Positions 14,064 through 29,554 of a stretch of 64,000 bases of DNA are shown here, piece by piece. The DNA is taken from the NCBI GenBank assembly GCA_051362555.1, contig CM120641.1:14570001-14634000 (forward strand). The letters run 5' to 3'. Numbering within the stretch: the stretch's first letter is position 1; every line of letters starts with the position of its first letter. The notes beneath the pieces are model-generated. The model ran no database searches. It saw only the letters and a program-made list of their open reading frames with translations, and had not been told where the DNA came from. Source of the DNA: Lingula anatina. Lineage: Eukaryota; Animalia; Brachiopoda. Position numbers and translations under genes: made by a program.

Positions 14064-15674
14064 CATATTGACATTTAATATGGAATATTTTAGTTCAAAA
14101 GCAAAGTGTTGATAATAAATTAACTTTTTTAGAAAAATTGATCACATACGACAATTGTGATCAGGTATAAGTGTAGCCAGGTGTGTTGGTTATTGTTCAT
14201 TAGGCTGCTTTCTCTGAAGCGCGGTTATATTACGTAATATGTGGCAGTTTCTCTGAGCAGTCCTCTTTGGCGGGTTACAGAATGAGTATAAAAGGGCAGC
14301 AGTGCTGCAAAATAAGTCTCTATATTTCGGCAATGTCCTGTCAAATAGTTTGATATTTTGCAGACTGTTAGCTGATCTTACGGTATGTGAACTAACGGCA
14401 GCAACTTGCCACACTATTGTTGCATTATGCCAGAATGGACTGAAGCAAACTGCTATTGCCAGACAACTGCATGTGTCCCAGGGAGCAGTTTCTAACGTCT
14501 TACAAAAATACGCCCAGACTGGTACATTAACACAGAGACCACGGCCAGGACGTCCTAAAGTCACCACCAGAAGGGTAGACCGCATGCTTCTGCGGTTATG
14601 GCGCAACAACCGGACAAAGACAACTCTTGCTGTAAAAAATGAGTGGCAAATTACCATTCAAAAGCATGTTTCTAGAACTCTAGTGAATGCAAGGCTACTG
14701 TTAGTTGGCTACCTCCATTAACAGAGCAACACTAACGTCTGCGCTGCGTCTGGGGTGGGCCAGACACCATTTGTGGTTCCAGGCAGAGTACTGGGTTCAT
14801 GTAGATTTTTACAGATGAGGCAGGGTTTGAGTTCCACCACCGAGATGGCTGAATCAGTCAGTAGGCTTCCAGACGAGTTAATGCACGAGGATTGTGTCAC
14901 ACTAGAGTGACTTGTGGCCGTGGCAGTATCTGTGTATGGGCCGGTTTCCACACTGGAGCCAAAACACTATTGGTGGCAATTGATGGAAACCTCAACCAGA
15001 TAAAATAAAGGGACATTTTAGAGAATACTTGCTTGCAATTTGCAAGAAGGTGCTTCCAGGACAACTTCATCCTGCAAGATGACAATGCCCGACCACGCCG
15101 TGCCCATGCAATGGCTGCTTTTCTGCAAAACCAAGAGGTAAATTCCCTGACATGAATTCTATAGAAAACCAGTGGGCATAAATCGCTAGCAGAATCAAGA
15201 GCCAACCCGTCCAGCTTACAAATCGGCACAAGCTTAGGCAAGCTCTGACTAATGCGTGTAACACAATACTGGATCAAACTCTCAGAAACCTCTCTGCATG
15301 GATCCCTGGCCGAGTGAGGGCTCTGGTTGCAGCTAGAAGAGGCTGCATGCGTTCTTATCAGTTCCCATTTTTCACATTTGTCTTGATGATTCTGTTGTGT
15401 AAGAGAAAATCCTTACCAACTGATATTCTTGATAATATCGAGTTCATAAGCATTTAATACCTTGTTGTTATCAGCTATAAAATTATCTATGCGCTGTTTA
15501 TAACGCTGATTTGAATACGTATTTAGATTAAATTTTTGATGATGTTTTCACATGGATTGATTTATTAAAGCCATATCGAACATGATAACAAGTGTTTTTT
15601 TCATCCATTACTAATATATGGGAAAAAACCAAAGAAAATATGTTTGAAAAAAATCTATTTAAATGTCAAGTCCG
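14064..15674 (+). mobile_element. Degenerate Tc1-like transposon nested in the Academ-type element
   Basis: Transposase relic inside. A residual inverted match ttgacatttaa/ttaaatgtcaa lies next to TA dinucleotides at 14062-63 and 15675-76. Boundaries are approximate. Confidence 0.7.
14385..15360 (+). pseudogene. Tc1-family transposase pseudogene
   Basis: Paired-like HTH (IARQLHVSQGAVSNVL) and GRPK motif in ORF 14302-14721. FTDE at ~14808, CVWAG at ~14930, LQDDNARP at ~15072, PDMNSIENQW at ~15146. Multiple stops and frameshifts; the D-to-E spacing is only 83 nt, indicating a deletion. Confidence 0.9.
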
Positions 15675-17032
15675 TACATTGCATCACATGAATTACTTGA
15701 TTCAGCAAATCCCTCCATTGCATACATAAAGAAATCTTTTTTAAATTTAGGTAAAAGGGGCAGTTGTGTGATCCAATATGTTTACATCCCAATGGCAGTG
15801 TTTAATTGCAAAATTCAATTCAGATTCGAATAATTGCTACAGTGTGACAGTGTACATGTAGCACTCATTGCTGATTTGATTATAGTGAAAATGTCTGAAC
15901 CACTTTCCCTAACGCTGAAAACATAGGTGTGGGCACTTCATATGTCATGTCTGCTTGCCTAGTTAACATATGAGCAGTTCTGAAGACAGGTTCTAACTAT
16001 CAGCAGATTGACTTGTGTTTGACGGATACAGGGAAGAAACAATAAAAGGTGCTACTCGGACACGATTCACAAAGTCAGTGCTACCCATAAAACAAGATTT
16101 ATCACATTCCCTGACCCTGAGAACATAGGTGCAGACACTTCATTTGTCATGTTTGCTTACCTAGTTACAGAGATACAGAAGTAAAACGGTTTTTCAGTAA
16201 TGGCGATCCTAATTTGCATATTTAGGAAAATTACGTAAATCTAATTTTAACAGAAACATCTTAATAATGTTCCTCGACCCTGAAAATATAGGTAAAGACA
16301 CTTCATTTGTCATATTTGCCTGTCTAGTTCCAGAGATATTGCAGAAAATAGGAAATCTGGCGGCCATTTTGGTTTTTTGCAAATTAGACCGTTAAAAACG
16401 CAAAATTTCGCTTGGGAACCGGGTTAATCGGATTCAGCATCCCAAAATTATGCTAATAAGCCTGGTTCCCAACTTTTACCCCAAAATGCCCCTACTATTC
16501 ATCTTTTGTGGAAATCCCACTAGACTATAAGGTGTGTGCTGTGTGTAGATTTCAGTGGAAGTTCTGATCAGTACCAAGAGCAAACCAACAATCAAGATAG
16601 CAACACTTTCACACTTTTTATTTGGCAATCAGAGAGAAAAAGTCTTTCACGCATTTTGGTACTGCTATCAACATGTATATATGGATTAGATTGTATGAAA
16701 TAAATAGTAAAATTTGGATTCATAAATAGGTTAAGATCTTTTTAGGGCATCTGTTAAAACACTGTTTTCCTAAAACTACCATGTACAACTACCATGTGCA
16801 CTGCCCTGCAATGGCTAAGATTTTGGCACCAAAATGTCTTCATACAATATAAATAGGATGTCTGTTAAGTAGTTCCATCACAGTTTTAAGTTCACTATCA
16901 CAATCAATGCTACTGTAAATGTTTTCAAAAGTAAAACGGCCTTGGTCAAGAAAAGTCCAGCGTTTTAATTCAAGTAGTCAAGAAATAGTTCATATCTGTT
17001 TTTAGATGCATAATTTTTCCAAAAACTGCCAT

Positions 17033-19223
17033 TTACTTCTTTTTTTCTTTTGGGATCAAATCATCAATTGGTTGCTTCTTCTCCAGCTTCTTTTCCATTT
17101 CTATCAGGAGCTTGACGCCATCGATGACAAACTGGCACAGCTCCACCTCAGAGTATCCCAAACGGTCGGCATTGGAGATATCAAAGGTGCCTCCAACAGC
17201 AGCAGTGTCTACACCACCTAAAGTTTTTGATAATTCAAATAATTGGTGAATGAATAACTATTAACTATCTGAAGAAAACCACCAAATATATATTGCTACA
17301 CTGGAATTCACATTTAAACAGGTACAAACTCTCAACGTGAACAATTTATTGTCAAGCTGAAATATCAAGAAGCACCTTTAATTGATAACTGACCATAAGA
17401 AAATGAAAGCAAAAAAGCTAAACAGTTAATTTGTTAATGCAAACTGGGCGAGGTTTTAAGGTTAATAATTGGCTATGGAAATACAATAAAAGGACCATTT
17501 CCACAACAGGAGGCCTGGAGTATGTGAACCGCAACGCAGTGAACGAAAAACAAATTTACCTGTGCCACGTTTCTGAAGACGTAGTTTCTCCAAAATGTCA
17601 TCAAAGCGAGAGTCCTTGGACAGGTTAGGGACCTTGACATGGACACCACCACGCAGACCAGTTCCCAAGTTGCTGGGGCAGGTCAGGATGTAGCCCAAAT
17701 GTTCGTTCCAGCTGTACTCCTTGCCTTTGCTCTTCATGAGAGACTCAACCTTGTGGTTTGAAAATCATTAACATCTTAGACATAACTTTTGATCCTTATA
17801 TGATATATTCTATGAATTAGTTACAATAGTTACAATATATACAATTAATTTAAAAAGAGAGATCAAATCAGTTTTAACATTTTGGAAGTTGCAATTGGTT
17901 ACATATTAAGGCAAAGGCTAAAGTGTGTATTTGAGAGTTTAAGAAAGTGGATTCTCTCCAATAATGACTATTTATGTTTTCCCCAATTGTGTTAAGTTAC
18001 CTTGTTCAGGCCATCACAGAATCTCTTGAAGACTTTCTTCATGTTACCTCCCTTCTCCATAGAGATGACACGGATGTGGTCCTCCTCATTCACCCAGACC
18101 AAGAAGTCTTTGTTTTCATTATGCCTGAAATACATGTACATATTTTACCCTAAGTTTTGCTTCAGTTTGCATGTATTTAACCTTTAAAAAGAATGGTTAG
18201 CAAAGCATCTTAAATGTCAACCAAACTGTGGTTTTGTGCATCTTGTAATAAAGAAGAAGATTTTCATTTATGATATTCATAGCACAAAAACAAGACCATG
18301 CCATCTGAATTTCACTTTTAATGAGACAAAGTAAAAACTCACCAGATACCACGGGCATCAGGCCAGTCACGTGCCATACCAGCACAGGTAAGAAGAGGAG
18401 ACACTGGTTTGTCAAACAGGAAATGGTCTTCAATCAGCTTATCCTGTTCCTCTTCAGTCATGCCAGACAGTGGGTAGTATTTGCCCTTGAATTCTCCATC
18501 CAGGCCATTGAGAGCATCGACAGTAATTCGCTCCACAGCACGCCTCTCAGCACGAGTGCAGTTTGGTGGTAAGCTGTAGCCACGAATGCTACGACCTGTG
18601 CGCACACGTGAGCTGAGAACGTAGTTTGGGTCCAAGTCGTCTCCGCCCTGAAGGTGGTCTGGGTTGAGATCAGTCTTGTGCTTGGCATCCTTAGCATAGC
18701 CACCATGACGTTTGTCAATAATGGGGTCAAAGAGGTCAGCAAATGTTTCATAGCTTTCCTCGTCTCCTGCAGTGGCACCCACAGTCATGATGAAAGGATG
18801 GCCTAAAATTGAATTGTGCACATAAATGTTTTTACTTAATAATCAAATTCCTTTTTCTTTAATTATGTATAAAAACCAAAATTAAATCTTTACTATGTAA
18901 CATTTGGACTAATAGTGAACTTAAGGTATCCTTTATCCAAAACAACATTTAAAAAAGCAGCTAATGTCAAATTTTAAACTACTTAATCAAAACATTTTGT
19001 TTAACATGAGATTAAGTCTCTCTCTCTCATGTACAGTACCTGGATTGTCAACACCAGTCTGGATACATTGGTCCAGAGTGACTCCAAACTTGGTGACCTT
19101 GTCTCTATTGGCCGCATAGATCTCTTTGGTCAGGCATTTAGCCATCCAGTTATTATGCTTGCTGAGTTCAGGATAATCCTGCTCAGGATCAAAATTCTTC
19201 TGGTTCAGGTTGCAGATAGGCAT
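17033..19223 (-). CDS. CK: Creatine kinase, single-domain cytoplasmic type (380 aa)
   Basis: Coding exons 19223-19040, 18802-18343, 18124-18001, 17749-17560 and 17217-17033 total 1143 nt with consistent phases. Catalytic NEEDH and CPSNLGT motifs are present. Creatine-specific residues: [14 protein letters not shown] loop, R in IDKRHGG, V in GTGGVDT. No mitochondrial presequence. Confidence 0.96.
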
Positions 19224-19423
19224 GTTGGTGGGATTTGTTTGGATGTCACTGCTATAAAATATGGCGAGAAAGGTATTTCTTGAAATCTCAAAAATAAGTA
19301 TAATTTTAGGTTGGATTTATAAAATATAATAAAGAATGATATAGATCAGGAGGAATAATTTTAATTTTTCATATTGAATTTTGTCAACTCAATCTGAATG
19401 TAAAACTACACCTTAAGGCTTTA

Positions 19424-19597
19424 CTGGGGTAGCACTAGCAATTTTTTTCACTTGGCCAAATCACTACTTTTTCATTACTTTTTCTGCAGAATGGTTTAAA
19501 TTTGACTAAAACAAGTCAAATCAATCCTATTTTTGTTTAGCCAATTTAAGTCAGTTTTAGCACTTGGCTAAATTGGCGAGTGTTAGCACTACCCCAG
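19424..19597. mobile_element. Small degenerate MITE-like element in CK intron 1
   Basis: ctggggtagcactagca ... tgttagcactaccccag imperfect terminal inverted repeat, with an internal repeated cacttggc(c/t)aaat. Confidence 0.45.
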
Positions 19598-21079
19598 CTT
19601 TATATCTAACCACAGCAAGTTTTCTTTCTTACAAACAATGCTTTGTGTACTAATCATTAACATTGAAATTTATTCAAATATAGTATCATGATCCCTCTGA
19701 CTACAATACATAATTGTGCAACACTGCATCATACGGTATACCTTAGGTATCAATAATACAAATAAACATTTTCCCATCATTGGAATTATTAGATGGTTTT
19801 TATAATATTGGTACATGATTACCTGTAGAAAAGTGATACAGGCATTTGTAACGGCCAAATTGGATCTATACAAATTCTCCCATTTAAAACCATTTTAAGA
19901 TTGCCTCAAGCTCTTTCACTTGTTATGCAATCACATTCTTGACTAATAAATTCCTAAAAAATGCCCTACTGCCTTGCTCAACTTCTACAAATCTGGCAAA
20001 CTTCCCATAAGCTACCTGAAGTAATTCACTACATACAGACAGTCTTAAGCTGCATACAACAAGGTATGTTAAATAAACTAGCTATGGGAATGTTTTCATC
20101 TTGTGCATGTGAAAAATAACTCCACAGCAGCTGACCTCTATATCAGTATATGGTAGGTCTATATAATAAAATAGCCCCTTTGATGAACTAACTAACAGCA
20201 GATTACCAGTGCGCTAGTTTTGACTTATCAAACCCAACATTAAAAAACCTGCTTTGATTAAATGTTTACATTTGTGACTGTTTATACATGGGCTTAAGTA
20301 GTGCAGCATGTTTAACTCTAAAAAAAGCTTTCAGTCTGCCCAAAGGCTAGAGATAACAGATATCCAAATTCAGTTAAGTAACATTACTAAGTATATAAAA
20401 AAAAAAATTCTTTGAAGGTTTACAATAAACATTAAAATTAATTCAACGATCTTAAAATTTATTACCATGATCTTATTAGAAATATTAAGAACGGCATTTT
20501 GTGTACAGAGCAAAATTTTAAATTAAATGTACTAGTACAAGTTCTCACATGATGCACCCAAAACGTGACAATCTGCACGGTCTGTACTGCTGTGTCACAG
20601 TATAATATCCACTTCAATGGCTCAACAATCTTATCAGTGTGATTAGGTATTTATACTTGAGTTAGACTCATAATGCAAACAATAGTCATATCAATACAGC
20701 CTTTGGTTACATTTAAATATGTTCACATTAACTTTTGGCTGTTTTCCCTTGATATTGTCTTTATAAAAGGACATAGTAAGCCTAGGTGAATAAAATTAAC
20801 TTATCTTAAAATTGAGATATATTTCTCATTCATACTCATATTTATATCAGTCCTATGTTATACTCGCAACATTCACGGGTATGCTACCCACATTTCAAAA
20901 TGTTCAAAGTCACATTTTCTATGGCCATGTATATAAATATATCCAGTAAAACTACTTATCATTCCCAATTCAGACCTTGTAAACAATATTACCCCTCAAA
21001 TAAAAATACCTGATTTCAATATTTGTTTCTAAAATGTACCGGAAGACAGGCTTAATTATGGTCAGTCATTTATAACTAA

Positions 21080-21587
21080 GGCTGCGTTCACATGAAAAAT
21101 CTAAATTCTAAAAACCTAAAAATCCATTGGCGGTTTCTAGTGATCACGGTCTGTGCCCTGAATACCCTGTGGCCTAATTAACTAGCAGAGCGAGCGAGTT
21201 ACTTCCAAAGCTGTAATTAAATCTCGGTTGCCCTCGGAGCAAATTCCAATTCCTAGACGCATGTGCAGAGAGAAAGAAAATGACAGTCACGGTTGCTTTG
21301 AAAAATGTGTTTGTCGATTTTGTGCAACAACAATACGAAGAAGATAAGGTCCATATACACATGACAGATATGAGTGCAAACTGTCGAAATCCAGTTTAGA
21401 GATACAACTGCGCATGCGTCCAGGCGTCAGAATCTCCTCGGAGCGCAGCCGAGAATCAATTACAGCTTTGGAAACGACTCGCCCGCGCTGCTAGTTAATT
21501 ATGCCGCGGGGTATTCAGGGCACAGACCGTGATCACTAGATACCGCCAATGGATTTTTAGAATTTAGATTTTTTATGTGAATGCAGC
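21080..21587. mobile_element. PIF/Harbinger-like (Tourist-type) palindromic MITE in CK intron 1
   Basis: ~190-bp inverted arms beginning GGCTGCGTTCACAT and ending ATGTGAATGCAGC, flanked by TAA and TTA (TWA target). Confidence 0.8.
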
Positions 21588-21964
21588 TTAGTTGCCTAAA
21601 TGGAAATGGTACAAAATGGGGTGGATTGGCAATGATTACTGAGAAGGGGAGATTTGCTCATTTTTCTGATAAATATTTAAGCAGGAAAATCCCAGATAGA
21701 ATATATATTTGAAGCTACATTATTGTTACTGCGCTTTTTAAAAATTTCAGTCACATTTTGTATGTGTACATATCTTGCAAAGCCACTAATCTTCCCCAAC
21801 TCAGATGTTAAAAACTATAAAACCCCTCAAATAACTTAAGCATAATTTTAAAAACGAAAATAGTGATTATTCAAAACAAAAATCATAAATTGCAGATGCT
21901 TTTTTAAAACTTGCTGTTGCACCGTCGTGCGTCCGTTAAAAATCCAATTTCACGTTTTCTTTAC

Positions 21965-22050
21965 CTCGATACCGCCTATCTTACAAGCTGCAGCTAGGAT
22001 GCCTAAGCCTGATCTCTACACTTTCTGGGTGGGCACAATACACCAAACAG
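21965..22050 (-). other. CK: Probable non-coding first exon of creatine kinase
   Basis: Donor GAG|gtaaag at 21965/21964 at the edge of a CpG-rich patch. The ATG exon has an upstream acceptor (tag/cag NAGNAG, 19253-19249), so a 5'UTR exon is expected. The 5' limit is a guess. Confidence 0.55.
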
Positions 22051-22643
22051 ACAAATATCCGACTGAGCAAGATACAAATTATGAAAATGCCATGCAGCAG
22101 ACTAATTGTAAATATCAACAAACAACAAAACATATAGTCTAAAAGGCCATCGATTAGTTACACAAAACGCAAAATATTGTCGACTGTTGACATGGCGTCT
22201 CTAACAACGAACCTTTCTTTGTGCAAGTTCACCTAATTTCTAAATAAGACACCTATGAAACTTAAGCGCAAACGCAAAAACGTTTCTGGATGTATTCCAA
22301 ATATTATCTTTTTCAATAATTTGCTATGCAAAACTGGAGAAACTAAAAGATCCTACCTGCTAGTTCGGAAGACCGCTGACAACTCTTCGTGCTGGAGAAA
22401 CTCACGTGAGTCATGTGATTCGCAACACACATTTGATTGGAGGAGAAAAACAATATATCCAAAAAAGGGAATAAGCCAAATGAAAGTACTCTATTTTTTG
22501 CGACAGGAAAGGTGAAATACGACATACGGTAAAATCGCATGAGAGCCTGCGCACTAGAAGCAAATATGGCTGCGCCCATATGAGCGGTGCTTTCAAAGAT
22601 TGTATTACACTTAGGCGTAACCCAAGCGCTAAGAACACAAAAG
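22050..22643. promoter_or_regulatory. Putative bidirectional promoter between CK and TRMT61A
   Basis: CpG-rich ~600-bp gap between divergent genes. Palindrome ACTCACGTGAGT at 22400-22411; YY1-like ACATGGCG at ~22190 and AATATGGCTGC at ~22564. Confidence 0.6.
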
Positions 22644-27737
<5,094 letters not shown>

Positions 27738-29066
27738 ACAGAAGGTAAGAAGAGTAAAGCAAATATGAAATTATCTGAGATCAACAGATTGTCTATTGCA
27801 TTCACATGTAAGGTAAATTTTACTGCCAAATTTCAGCTCTAACTTTGAATGGTATTCATTTAGAAAGGTATTGAGTGGTTTTAAGGAAAACAAGATACCA
27901 CATACATTAAAATATTGCATATATGATAGACATTGAGTAAAGATATATATTTATAGAAATATATGTTAATTATTTGGAAATTTATCTGATTCCAATGTGC
28001 TAGCTTAAACCTCACTGAATAAATGATTGCACATTTGATTTGTTTAGTTATAAAGTCAAGATAATCATTTTAAGAAGCTCTATCATAGGGAAAATTGAAA
28101 TGCTAATTTTTCACAGATATTTTTAAGTAACCCTTTTTTAGCAAAACTCTGGAAGTTTGATTCCTTATTAGATATGGATTGGATTTATTTTAGCCAAGTT
28201 GGAAATTACACATCACTAAATGAAGGGTTTCAATATAAAAAGTGTGTTAGGTGAGAAATTTCTGATTGTGTTAGTCATCACTGGGAATTGTTCTGCAACT
28301 GTTGCCATTGATTTTTCCCATTAACTTTGGCATTTGATTTTTACTTAAACCATTTCAGAATTCTTAAAAGGCAGTTACTTTTGGACCTGATAATTTAGTT
28401 TGAACCAAATAAATAACTGACACTGGTTTCACTCAAGAACAAACTTTGTGTTTGCTAACTAGATGAACTATTTCAGCCAAATAAAAATGACAAACATTAT
28501 AGAAAAGATGGCAAAGTAGGTTTCTCACCACCTTTTGTGAAATGATCAGATGTGCTGTCAGCCTTTGATGCATGGCATTTTGGACATTTATCAATCCACA
28601 AGTCATTCACATAATCTAGCTCCTTACATGGAAGATCAAAATATCATGTATTATATATGGAGAAAACATGTTTTGTCTATTTAGAGATGATTTACTTTTT
28701 AACCACAAAAAAGTTTTCATTTTCTTTAGTCAAAGTAAATTATCTTTGCATTTGGCAAAACGTTTGTATACTTATGTGACCAGCATTTATGAAAATGAAA
28801 GGACCAAAGATGTCATTAAAATTTTGCCATCCATAACAAAGTTTATACTGAGGAGTGTTCCATTATACAGTATGACCTGAATTTTCCTGACACACAAACC
28901 CCCAATGTTTCTTGAATGACCAACCATCAGTTTTTCACTGTTACTGTTATAACTATTAATTAGTTGGTGTAACATTGGGTTATGACTTGTGAATTTGTTT
29001 GTTCCTTATACTTACATGAAAGAGAGAGATTGAAAAACAAAAATAATACCATGGGTTGTGGTGATA

Positions 29067-29072
29067 TTTATT
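29067..29072 (-). terminator. Candidate polyadenylation signal of the NPAS4-like gene (implies a ~2.7-kb 3'UTR)
   Basis: AATAAA on the minus strand followed by T-rich downstream sequence. Inferred only. Confidence 0.5.
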
Positions 29073-29554
29073 ACAATAATTACTGATGAGAACATTATTT
29101 ACATACACCTTGACCATAAAAAAACAATCATTTGAATTTAATCTTACTAATTGCTTTGAGATGCTACAGGCACATATTAAGCCATTACATTTGAATTTAG
29201 AAGGTCAGGGAATTATACAACAGAAAAAATACATATTAGACTTGAAGTACACATTTACTTTGTATGCTATATGTAGTTACCACTTACATAATGCATCCTT
29301 TGTATAAACTAAATATGTCAAGATATCAAATTAAATATATAGTTACCATTTTACAAATTGTATATTGATCCATCATAATGTTAATATTGTTAATTGCATA
29401 CTTTTACATTTATAAGTAATATTAAAATACCACTCTGTACAAGTGAACATGGTTAAATCATATAAAAATTAGAATAAAGTTAAGCACAATAGACAATTTT
29501 TGGTTAAATATGTTCTTATAATATTACTGACTGGACAGCATCAACTAGACATGG

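Larger units (their letters stand above)
12826..16527 (-). mobile_element. Non-autonomous Academ-type (AcademX-like) DNA transposon, 3.7 kb, with nested insertions
   Basis: Termini TAGTCTAGTG...CACTAGACTA and a 3-bp TSD TAA (12823-25 and 16528-30). Near-identical ~525-bp inverted arms at 12869-13397 and 15972-16493. Contains a relic of XPG/PIN-like transposase coding sequence. The superfamily call rests on recalled Academ hallmarks (TAG..CTA ends, 3-4-bp TSD, XPG domain). Confidence 0.8.

Noticed and set aside
17006-19283. Plus-strand and alternative-frame ORFs overlapping CK
   Set aside because: Shadow ORFs of CK exons with no independent features.
20120-20180. CAGCTG plus TAAAATAGCCCC as a muscle CK-type enhancer
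   Set aside because: The MEF2 match is imperfect and a single E-box is common by chance.
22587-22643. N-terminal extension of TRMT61A in the ORF track
   Set aside because: Starts at a non-ATG codon. The family N-terminus MSF begins at 22644.
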